This document shows, in pieces, positions 8,599-16,674 of a DNA stretch of 64,000 nt. The notes beneath the pieces are model-generated. The model worked only from the letters and a program-made list of their open reading frames with translations, was not told where the DNA came from and did no database searches. Within the stretch, counting starts at the first letter, position 1. Every line of letters begins with the position of its first letter. This DNA is from a virus, in the IMG/VR virus record IMGVR_UViG_3300031541_000012, positions 89,494 to 153,493 of that record; one strand, given 5' to 3'. Made by a program: the position numbers and the translations under genes.

Positions 8599-9259
8599 CG
8601 CACTATTCATCGCAGGTCATATCCTGACAGCAATCTATGCTTATTTGTTAGGATGGTGGGCACTGCTGATGATTCCTTTTGCACTAATTGTGTTTCATGC
8701 AGGGCACGGAGCCTATGCACACCGCATCTTTACTCATGATGCTGACAAGAGCATGACCGTTTTGAGCAATCGTGCACATTGGCTTGGACATTTTCTGTTC
8801 AATATGACAGGCTGGGGCAGTGCACTGACTTTTGGTGCGATCCATCGTGCACACCATAAATTCAGTGGCACTGAAGAAGATCCGCATGAACCTAAATTTG
8901 CTGGTAAATGGAATCTATTTGTTGGCAACTATAATTTTGACAACTACGACAAAAGATTTATTCGTTTGCGTAGCAGCGCACCATATGCTAGCTGGTTCCA
9001 CAAAAACTATTTCACAGTTGCTTGGTTGGGTATGCCAATCTTTGCACCAGTGTTTGCCGCTGCGTTTTGGCTACGATATGTCCTGTTGGTAATGGTACAC
9101 CCAGACGATGATGCGCCCACTGCTCGCGACTGCTGGTACCTTTGGCCAATCCTATGGGGCGACGAAGCACATGAGCTACATCACCTTAAAGCTTATGGTG
9201 CAAAACACCATAACCTAGACTTTGTTTATTTGTGTTTGCTGGGGTTCCGTTTAGTCTAA
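8582..9259 (+). CDS. fatty acid desaturase
   Basis: Three His boxes (HGAYAHRIFTH, HRAHH, HELHH), hydrophobic segments, GDEAH motif. Confidence 0.82.
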   Translation: MKRKIDALFIAGHILTAIYAYLLGWWALLMIPFALIVFHAGHGAYAHRIFTHDADKSMTVLSNRAHWLGHFLFNMTGWGSALTFGAIHRAHHKFSGTEEDPHEPKFAGKWNLFVGNYNFDNYDKRFIRLRSSAPYASWFHKNYFTVAWLGMPIFAPVFAAAFWLRYVLLVMVHPDDDAPTARDCWYLWPILWGDEAHELHHLKAYGAKHHNLDFVYLCLLGFRLV

Positions 9260-9369
9260 GTCAAGTCGTATTACGATGCTTAGACGCGGGTGTTCAATTC
9301 CCGTGACACTGTGCCAGGTACGTATATCGAAATCATACCGGCACTCAGTATCAAATATTACACTATCAA

Positions 9370-9391
9370 GCCGCGGACCCTGTTCCGCGGC
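9370..9391. repeat. perfect 8-bp GC-rich inverted repeat
   Basis: GCCGCGGA-CCCTGT-TCCGCGGC. Confidence 0.85.
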
Positions 9392-9474
9392 CTACCAATG
9401 AGTGTAAACTGCACTACCACCCTGATCCATTATAAAGTTCCATTTGCGGTCGTTTACGCATACATCCTGGTGAA

Positions 9475-9500
9475 CAGGTAAGTCACTATGTACTTACCTG
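9475..9500. repeat. perfect 9-bp inverted repeat
   Basis: CAGGTAAGT-CACTATGT-ACTTACCTG. Confidence 0.85.
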
Positions 9501-9691
9501 GTTGCAAACATGAAACTTAGGATCAAGCCAACCGTTAAACCACTCAGCGAGATCCGCACTGAGTGGATGGTTGGTGTATGGTTTGTAATCTTTTACAGGG
9601 AAGGTATTTTCTCTAGCACATACCACATCCACAGTCTCGCGAAGCTCTGACGGAATGACGGGCATATTACGATCTATGTGGTAGTAGGGGT

Positions 9692-10249
9692 TCATAGAAT
9701 TACTGCAACCAAATGTACTCGTGACTCGCGGCTGGCATTCATTGCAGTATGTGGTAGTGTAGTGTCTACCATCCACCAAGTGTCTGCGGGCATGTGTTTG
9801 ACTTCATCCTCAACTACCATTAGGCAACCCTCTTGAGTGTTGATAGGATAATGTAGTCTTGGTGAGGTATCTGTATGCCAGCTAAGACAGGTTTTAGGTT
9901 GGCTGCGCATAAGGCGGACACGCCCAAAACTCCAACGCGAGCTTACTAGATTATAAACTTCTTCTAGAGGGGTATCGCGGAATGTTTCTGTCAGGTAGCG
10001 GAAATCAATTTCACTATACTGTTCCTCAAACTCTGGAACGTCCCAAGTAAAGGATCCGTCTGGGTTTTCTATGCGACGTTTATTTGCCCAATCATATTGC
10101 AAGCTGCCAGTGCCAAGCAAATAATCGCGATTGCCTGGCCAGGGACTGTTAATGCAAATCTGATTGCTCGGACCCCAGTCAAATCCTTGACTGACAATCC
10201 AATCAGCTAATTCGAAAGTCGGAAGATCTAGTTTGTGAAAATGGCTCAC
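9692..10249 (-). CDS. aspartyl/asparaginyl beta-hydroxylase-like 2OG-Fe(II) oxygenase
   Basis: GRVRLMR..P...LSWHTD, RLHYPI and HTAMN motifs. Likely GTG start at 10249 (ORF track starts 10279). Confidence 0.75.
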   Translation of the reverse strand: MSHFHKLDLPTFELADWIVSQGFDWGPSNQICINSPWPGNRDYLLGTGSLQYDWANKRRIENPDGSFTWDVPEFEEQYSEIDFRYLTETFRDTPLEEVYNLVSSRWSFGRVRLMRSQPKTCLSWHTDTSPRLHYPINTQEGCLMVVEDEVKHMPADTWWMVDTTLPHTAMNASRESRVHLVAVIL

Positions 10250-10790
10250 TGGGTTCAATCCTATTAAATGGCATACCAATAAGTGGCGTTTTGATGATAA
10301 ATTCCGCAGCTACTTCAGGCTGGATATACTCTGTCATGTCAGGATATTTAGCCAGTATATTTGCAGTGCCCACATATCCAAATGTCACATACTGCACACT
10401 CGCGGCGCGTTCTTGCGCAAGAGTACTCAATGTCATCAATTCCCATTTGTGCATTTTGTACGTGGTAAGATGACGATATTCTTTGGTGAGTGTGTATTCT
10501 GTTACTGCACTGCCAATGTTGATAATAGTTTTAGTAGGATCATCACCCCAAGTCATCAAAATACTGTTAAACAGATCACATTGTGAGCTGTCATTTGAGT
10601 ATGCATTGTTGACGAACACATCATAATGATGAAATTCGTCAACAATTTGTTGACGATGATGTAAAAGTCTGATGTCATGCCCAGTAGCACGACTAACGCC
10701 GTGGGCCCTGTCTCCGAGCTGTCGACACACTTCAGCGCCTATTACGCTAGTGTGTCCTGTGACTAGGTATGTTAGGTCTCGTCTTTCCAA
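10203..10790 (-). CDS. short SDR-like NAD(P)-binding protein
   Basis: YLVTGHTSVIG, DVFVNNAY, IINIGS and YKMHK (YxxxK) motifs. Confidence 0.7.
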   Translation of the reverse strand: MERRDLTYLVTGHTSVIGAEVCRQLGDRAHGVSRATGHDIRLLHHRQQIVDEFHHYDVFVNNAYSNDSSQCDLFNSILMTWGDDPTKTIINIGSAVTEYTLTKEYRHLTTYKMHKWELMTLSTLAQERAASVQYVTFGYVGTANILAKYPDMTEYIQPEVAAEFIIKTPLIGMPFNRIEPSEPFSQTRSSDFRIS

Positions 10791-11944
10791 CTGGTGTCTC
10801 CAGGGTAGAGCGGCACAGGGGCTCCTGGTATACGCTTGGGGATCTTGCTGTCAGCACTACTGACACAACTGCCTGTAATGCACGTCTGTGGGGCGTCGAA
10901 TAGCTTGAAGCCCGTCTCGATGTTACCTAGTGGGGCGTCATGGCAACTATAGCTTCGCTTGATGCTGCCATCAGGCTCACGTATAATGATACCACGGAAG
11001 CCACTACTGCATTTCCAGCCCTCAAATTTGTTGAAGTTGAACGCATTGAAACGCTCTGCTTGGTCCATGTACCACTTTTTGCCACGGCGGTCAGTAAACT
11101 CAACTTGCATGTGCCAAGGCACTTTCTTGTGTTCAATAAAGTTGGGGTCCTGCTCATCACTACGGAAGCGTGGCTTGGGACGATCTGCCCATGCACGTTT
11201 TTCTTCAGTGTAGGCACGTTGCGGCATTCCGTTCCAAAGACGCTGCATCATTTCATCTGTGTAACCATCAACAACACGGCTTGCTGTTGGATCGCTTTGT
11301 GGTTTAAGTGTAACGTTGATGCCTTGCTCGTGGAAGAACAATGCATTCTCCCAGTCACGCTCAAACCAATCAGGAACCATAACCATGTTGATAGTTACCT
11401 GCACGTCATGCTCTTGACAGAGTATGAGTTTGTCAGCGAACTCTTGCATTTTAGCAGGTGTGTTTACATGCTCTGTGTGGAGGCTTGCTGTTATACTTGC
11501 GCGATGAAATGGCTTTGCTCGTTCAACAAAATCCTCATACCACTTGATTGGTCTTGAGCAGTTAGAGGTTTTATGAACACTAGTGTAATTAGTATTGCTG
11601 ACATCGCTAGCAAGATGGCTAAGGATATCGAGATAACCCGGGTGAAACGTAGGCTCACCACCACTAAGAGAAAAATGGAAAGAATTAAATCCGTTGTCAC
11701 GTGCCTGCCTCTTTATTTCATCAATTGTGCTTAAACATAGTTCAGTAGGACGATGGTCCTTGGTATTACTGCGGGCGTAGGGCCAGCAATAGCTGCAACG
11801 ATAGTTACAGAAGCGACCTAGTAGCCAGCTTACTGTAAACAGATCGCGATAAAGCATTGTGCGTTGTCCAACGCTTACTAGATCATCATATGGTATCTGA
11901 GTGAAGTCGTATTCACTCCATTTTAGGTCATTGTCCTTGCTCAT
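10772..11944 (-). CDS. radical SAM protein, C-terminal twitch-type module
   Basis: CNYRCSYC, SGGEPT, C-terminal CSSG...SC...C..SCVSSAD. Confidence 0.9.
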   Translation of the reverse strand: MSKDNDLKWSEYDFTQIPYDDLVSVGQRTMLYRDLFTVSWLLGRFCNYRCSYCWPYARSNTKDHRPTELCLSTIDEIKRQARDNGFNSFHFSLSGGEPTFHPGYLDILSHLASDVSNTNYTSVHKTSNCSRPIKWYEDFVERAKPFHRASITASLHTEHVNTPAKMQEFADKLILCQEHDVQVTINMVMVPDWFERDWENALFFHEQGINVTLKPQSDPTASRVVDGYTDEMMQRLWNGMPQRAYTEEKRAWADRPKPRFRSDEQDPNFIEHKKVPWHMQVEFTDRRGKKWYMDQAERFNAFNFNKFEGWKCSSGFRGIIIREPDGSIKRSYSCHDAPLGNIETGFKLFDAPQTCITGSCVSSADSKIPKRIPGAPVPLYPGDTSWKDET

Positions 11945-12680
11945 CGCGTAAGCCTGCTTCCTTGAGCGTCTTGCTCGGCGTGTAAAACTTTGTTAACACG
12001 TCTGTATGTAATGTTCTTTTGATGTCAAACCTTGATGTCAACATCTGCTTCATGTATCCTGCAAACTGTTCATTTTGCATGATGCTCATATGATTAATAC
12101 GTTGTCCTTTGATTTCACACCAACTATTCAATCTACTACAGTCTAAGTCACTAAGATTAAGCATATTAGGCATCTGCCCAAATGGAAAGCTGTTGATTAT
12201 TTTTACATCTGGTCTAATTGATTGCATTGCAGTAAGCATCGCATGATAGGCCACAATGTTTGCCCAACTACTTTGTGTCCAAATTTCCCTATAAGCTGCA
12301 TTGAGTGTGCGAGTGTATTTGAGTGGATTCTTGTATCCGCGGTTAAGTAGTATCTTTTCACTGGTTAATTCAGCATCATGGTAATCGCCAACCAAGCCAG
12401 CCAGTTCTGCTATGTCTAGATCAAAGTCGTTAAAGTTTTCGATATCAACAAAACGCTCATAGTCAATATTGTAAAGACCTATGCGGCTAACATTACTGAG
12501 GAAAACAACCACTTGATCATAGTTGGCATGTTGTGTGACAAATTGCTGATATATCCAGTCTGGACTGATCCCACGTATGGCATACGTGGTTACATCAAAA
12601 TCTTGTTTCAAATGATTAGGCCATGCCTTGCTATCTTCATCAGTTGCAAAGCTATCGCCAAAAATTCCTATGGTTGACAT
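11928..12680 (-). CDS. GDS(L)/SGNH-like protein
   Basis: N-terminal IGIFGDSFA block and C-terminal INH motif; paralogue of 30981..31721. Confidence 0.5.
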   Translation of the reverse strand: MSTIGIFGDSFATDEDSKAWPNHLKQDFDVTTYAIRGISPDWIYQQFVTQHANYDQVVVFLSNVSRIGLYNIDYERFVDIENFNDFDLDIAELAGLVGDYHDAELTSEKILLNRGYKNPLKYTRTLNAAYREIWTQSSWANIVAYHAMLTAMQSIRPDVKIINSFPFGQMPNMLNLSDLDCSRLNSWCEIKGQRINHMSIMQNEQFAGYMKQMLTSRFDIKRTLHTDVLTKFYTPSKTLKEAGLRDEQGQ

Positions 12681-12700
12681 CTCAGTCCTTTTCAGTTCTT

Positions 12701-12730
12701 ATATTAGCATGACTCATTGTACTGGGTCAA
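12701..12730 (-). promoter_or_regulatory. sigma70-type promoter
   Basis: - strand TTGACC, 18 nt spacer ending TGC, TAATAT (extended -10), upstream of SD AAGGA and ATG 12680. Confidence 0.5.
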
Positions 12731-13265
12731 TACTAATCTCGTTAATGTTGATATGAGCTGGTTGTTCAATCAACCACTTTACATAGCTTGCTGCTTGATC
12801 AATATCCATACAGGTGCGGTCAGGATGTTTCTCAGCATTGTTGCTCAATGTACCAAAACTGATATAGCTAACTTTGGGGAGTCCGGGCGTCCAAACACCA
12901 CCAATGCTCAGTGTATTACTATAATCGCGCAGGGCTTTCTTCTCTGCGTTATATAGCCAGGGCTTGCCATTTTTGACCCGGTCAGTTGTGCTGCCTATCA
13001 CAATGATGTATGGATCATGACCAGCTTGACGACAAGTTTTGCTAACACATTCAAGCAATACGGTCTGCTGAAACTTCCACAGTGCAGCGCAAATAATGAT
13101 CACGTCATGTTCGAGTGCCAGTTGTGCAAAGCGTTCTTGTGCGTCACTTGATGTAAGTTCATATCCAGTGCTGCGGCTTGCATATGTCATCTCAAGGTGT
13201 TCAAGCTGCAATCCAATTGCCGCGCTCAATCCTTTATATTCATTTCCTGAGATCAATACTCTCAT
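12714..13265 (-). CDS. short SDR-like NAD(P)-binding protein
   Basis: MRVLISGN..GL, IIVIGS and YNAEK (YxxxK) motifs; start at 13265 with SD GGAG; paralogue of 10203..10790. Confidence 0.7.
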   Translation of the reverse strand: MRVLISGNEYKGLSAAIGLQLEHLEMTYASRSTGYELTSSDAQERFAQLALEHDVIIICAALWKFQQTVLLECVSKTCRQAGHDPYIIVIGSTTDRVKNGKPWLYNAEKKALRDYSNTLSIGGVWTPGLPKVSYISFGTLSNNAEKHPDRTCMDIDQAASYVKWLIEQPAHININEISIDPVQ

Positions 13266-14412
13266 CAAATAACTCCGGTAATAGGTCACGTCCGTTTTCG
13301 TCACGGCTTTCATCTAGAACTTCAGTGTAGCGCACAAACTCTGGATAAAGATGACTCCAGTCCTCGCTGTTCATATAGTCAATAACACCCTGCACTCTAT
13401 CTAAATAGGTATAGCGTGTCAGGCGCTCAGACACTTGCTCTTTGAGCTTCTGATCAATTACCCTGATGTTTAGGCACTCAGGATGGTTAAGGATGTTGAA
13501 GTAGATTTTGTAGCCATACGGCTCAGCCCATTCAATCAACTCATGCAAGCGAGTAATATTATACATTTGCACTGTGCAATGAACTTCTACATAGCCGTTG
13601 TCTAGCTTGTTGACTGCTTCAAAGTTCTCCACTATCTTGTTCCAGTTGCTTGGATATCGTATGTAACGATCCAGCGCACCCGTTGCATCAATAGAGCAAT
13701 TCAGTTGCACGTTGCGGAATTCCTCCCATTTACTCAACAAGTGCCGTGGCACATTGGTTAGGTTTGTGTTGTACTTGAGCTTAATGTCTTTTGCTATGCC
13801 ACGCTCAATAACATGATCTAATAGCTTGTGCTGCTCACGTATAATTGTAGGCTCGCCACCTGTCAAATAGATCTCGTCAATACTGTCAACAATGCTGAAT
13901 AAGTTTTCCCAAGTCTTGGGGTTCTCTGGCCAATCCATGTACTTGAGACGATTGATCTCACTGCCGCCTAGATCTTCTCCTGTCAGTGCCTGCCACTCAT
14001 CAACCCACTGATTGCTTGCATATGGGTTACACATACGGCAACGCAAGTTGCATAGGTTGCCCAAACGTAGGTCAACATACTTGATGTCCATTGGCGGGCT
14101 AGCTGGATAGTCTCGTGCTTCCTGCCATTTTTGGTTCCAACTCTGCCGTGCACTCTTGATGCCTACATCTTCTTCACGGAAGCAACGCTGGCACATTTCA
14201 GGACGTTCGCCTGCGAGCATTTGTGCACGTATTTCTTTGTAGGTATCACTGTGCCAAGCCTCGTATAGGTCATCACGCCATAGCTTGTACGGCGTGCCAT
14301 CTGGCTTGAGGATCATATTTTTGCCTGGTGTGCTGTTGCAGCATACACGTAGGTTGCCGCTAGCATTAGTTGCTAAGTGTATCCAAGGCAATACGCAAAA
14401 TGTCTTGCTCAC
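13240..14412 (-). CDS. N-terminal-twitch radical SAM protein
   Basis: CVLPW...RVCC...CQRC, then CNLRCRMC, TGGEPT and YNTN. Confidence 0.92.
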   Translation of the reverse strand: MSKTFCVLPWIHLATNASGNLRVCCNSTPGKNMILKPDGTPYKLWRDDLYEAWHSDTYKEIRAQMLAGERPEMCQRCFREEDVGIKSARQSWNQKWQEARDYPASPPMDIKYVDLRLGNLCNLRCRMCNPYASNQWVDEWQALTGEDLGGSEINRLKYMDWPENPKTWENLFSIVDSIDEIYLTGGEPTIIREQHKLLDHVIERGIAKDIKLKYNTNLTNVPRHLLSKWEEFRNVQLNCSIDATGALDRYIRYPSNWNKIVENFEAVNKLDNGYVEVHCTVQMYNITRLHELIEWAEPYGYKIYFNILNHPECLNIRVIDQKLKEQVSERLTRYTYLDRVQGVIDYMNSEDWSHLYPEFVRYTEVLDESRDENGRDLLPELFDESIDLRK

Positions 14413-15644
14413 TATCTTTCCTTCATATAAGTTTTAAAGAACTGATAATCTTCAAAGCTTTGGTTTCTGGCCTCGTCAAGAGTGCGGTTGTACTCAATAA
14501 ACTTGTCCCACTTTTCGTCAGTGTACTGTTCACTTGACGTAAAGAATGTCAGGATGTTTTCCACGACGTGGCGAATGTTTGGATCAGTTTGTGCTGCGGT
14601 GTAGCTTTCAAGTTTTGCTGTTATTTCTTCACGGGCATTGCCTGTCCAAATACGGCAATCAAGAAAGTGTGGCCAAGTCACAAAATGATGGTCGATGCTA
14701 TCAAAGTGGTTCTTTTTGATCCATTCAAATAGCTCTGGTATATAGTAGATATTTAAGGATTGCACTGTGGGCTTGCCTGTCACTGAAATGTTCTCATAGT
14801 CTTTGAGACGAGTGACGTTATGTGCAATGTCATATTTTTGACTGCTGCCACGTATATAGTCATTGAGGGCTGGCGGGCCGTCAATGCTGGCAGCTACAAC
14901 CACGCGCTTGTGCTTCTCCCAGAAGTCCAACACGTTATAGTTCTTTGTAGACAAGACAGTCATGTTGGTTGCATAGTTGAGATTGATGTGTTCAGCACGT
15001 GGCTGCACGATCTCCAATATCTTATAGTGCGCGTCATCATATAGAGGCTCACCGCCTGCAAATTGTAGGTAATCGATATTCTCTAGCATGGGTGCAATAT
15101 CTTCAAAGAACGCATCATCAAATACGTCAAGCAATGGTTTTTTATCTGCGCCGCTCTTGCTGAGATAGTCATTCCAATTGTCATCATGTAGGTGACGAAT
15201 TAGTTTGTAGTCCTGGAACCATTTGGTGCTGTCTAATGGTGTACACATGCGGCACTTGAGATTGCACAGGTTACTCAACTTAAATTCCAACCAGGTCGGA
15301 TTATCCAGTGTCTCACCGTCATAGTCCATGTTAGCGGCCACGTCCAGTGCATAGTCATAACGCTCTTGATCAGTGTTGTATTTTTGACGCAAGCTGCGTA
15401 TGCCGTGGTCTTCCTGATTCCAACAAATGTTGCAGCGAGCATTGCGGCGTCCTGATATCATCTCAAGACGCACCTCGCGTATAATACTGCTATTCCAAGC
15501 TTCGCTTAGACTCATTTCGTCTATACTGCCAATCTTGGGCAGACTGCGACAGCATAGTTTAATGCTGCCATCAGTTTTGGTACTCTGATGGGTAAAGGGT
15601 GCAACACAGAATGTAGATTGGTCAATATCGCGCTTGCTAACCAT
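14412..15644 (-). CDS. N-terminal-twitch radical SAM protein
   Basis: CVAPF...KLCC...CNIC, then CNLKCRMC and AGGEPL. Confidence 0.92.
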   Translation of the reverse strand: MVSKRDIDQSTFCVAPFTHQSTKTDGSIKLCCRSLPKIGSIDEMSLSEAWNSSIIREVRLEMISGRRNARCNICWNQEDHGIRSLRQKYNTDQERYDYALDVAANMDYDGETLDNPTWLEFKLSNLCNLKCRMCTPLDSTKWFQDYKLIRHLHDDNWNDYLSKSGADKKPLLDVFDDAFFEDIAPMLENIDYLQFAGGEPLYDDAHYKILEIVQPRAEHINLNYATNMTVLSTKNYNVLDFWEKHKRVVVAASIDGPPALNDYIRGSSQKYDIAHNVTRLKDYENISVTGKPTVQSLNIYYIPELFEWIKKNHFDSIDHHFVTWPHFLDCRIWTGNAREEITAKLESYTAAQTDPNIRHVVENILTFFTSSEQYTDEKWDKFIEYNRTLDEARNQSFEDYQFFKTYMKER

Positions 15645-16674
15645 CTTTTATCTTTCTCGCCCTTATATCATGTACACAGGAACATTCAGTGTATCCGCAC
15701 CTTATTGGAGTGGTTGGCCATTGTACTTGATTCCAATTGCCCTGGCGCCAATTGCCTAAGTGACCTTCTTCATAATAACACGCCGCGCCTCTGCGCATAT
15801 TTCCATCACCAGCAAGATATAATGTATCAATACCTATGTAACAGTCCCAATCTTTCCAAGCATTAGTTTGCTTGACAATAAGTTCTTGTAGGTTAACTTG
15901 CTCAAACTCTGCCTGCCCATCGCGATTGTTAACCGTGTAACTACAATATGCAGTGGGATTTTCTCTAGTTGGAAGACTCTCACCAAAACGTGGATTGTCA
16001 TTCATGTATTGGCGTTGCGCATCATTATATAGCCAATCATGTTGTACACCCTCACGGTCATGATTGGAGTATAGAGGCTTCACCTCTGTTACAAATTTAC
16101 CATGCTGCTTAAAATACTCAATTGCATCAACCACTGTGTCCCATTTGCCTGGATGCATGAGCGGCAACATTCCAACACTTGTGCCTACTTCAGCTAGATG
16201 ATTGCCTACTGCGCAAACATGCTTGTAATCTGCTTGCCCGGGATGGTAGCTGATAGACACGTGACTAAACATTTCTCCATTGGCCTGCCACCAACGCAAA
16301 TTACGACTAGCATTTGTAATCAACTGAATGTAATGCCCATAACCTTTCACCAACTCAACAAACTGATCAATTTGTGGCCACACTGTGGGTTCTCCACCCA
16401 ATACTTCCCAAATGATAATCTTTTTGTTATATGGTGGATTGCTATAAATGTTGTGGATTGTTTCAACCACCTCACGTGTCTTTTCAGAGTCTGGCCATTT
16501 GTATTTTCTTGACTTGTTGGACCAGTCACAATAATCACAATCATATGTACAGATATCTGCTGGCTGGAACGCAATGCGTAAGCTGCTCATCTCTTGCTTC
16601 AATGCATTGTAGTCATATTGTGCCTGATAATCAAACCTACCTGGTGGAGTATATAGCAAGTTGTATCCTGCCAT
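15637..16674 (-). CDS. radical SAM protein, C-terminal twitch-type module
   Basis: CTYDCDYC, LGGEPT, C-terminal CYIG...AC...C..TECSC. Confidence 0.9.
   Translation of the reverse strand: MAGYNLLYTPPGRFDYQAQYDYNALKQEMSSLRIAFQPADICTYDCDYCDWSNKSRKYKWPDSEKTREVVETIHNIYSNPPYNKKIIIWEVLGGEPTVWPQIDQFVELVKGYGHYIQLITNASRNLRWWQANGEMFSHVSISYHPGQADYKHVCAVGNHLAEVGTSVGMLPLMHPGKWDTVVDAIEYFKQHGKFVTEVKPLYSNHDREGVQHDWLYNDAQRQYMNDNPRFGESLPTRENPTAYCSYTVNNRDGQAEFEQVNLQELIVKQTNAWKDWDCYIGIDTLYLAGDGNMRRGAACYYEEGHLGNWRQGNWNQVQWPTTPIRCGYTECSCVHDIRARKIKDG

Larger units (their letters stand above)
9251..9695 (-). pseudogene. interrupted 2OG-Fe(II)/cupin-like oxygenase gene
   Basis: ATG 9695 is coupled (ATGA) to the upstream gene. 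The frame shifts near 9491-9495 into VHSDLPVHQD...RKWNFIMDQGG..VYTHW*AAEQ...WHSVTGIEHPRLSIVIRLDLD*, with an in-frame TAG at 9392-9394. HxD...H metal triad retained. Confidence 0.7.

Noticed and set aside
9370-9391. Canonical rho-independent terminator call for the GC hairpin
   Set aside because: There is no U-tract on either strand, so it is reported only as an inverted repeat.
9392-9394. Genome-wide TAG reassignment (alternative genetic code) suggested by the in-frame TAG
   Set aside because: The >3500-codon ORF and all other long genes have no internal TAG, and TAG ends normally coupled genes (e.g. 151, 8086, 14412).
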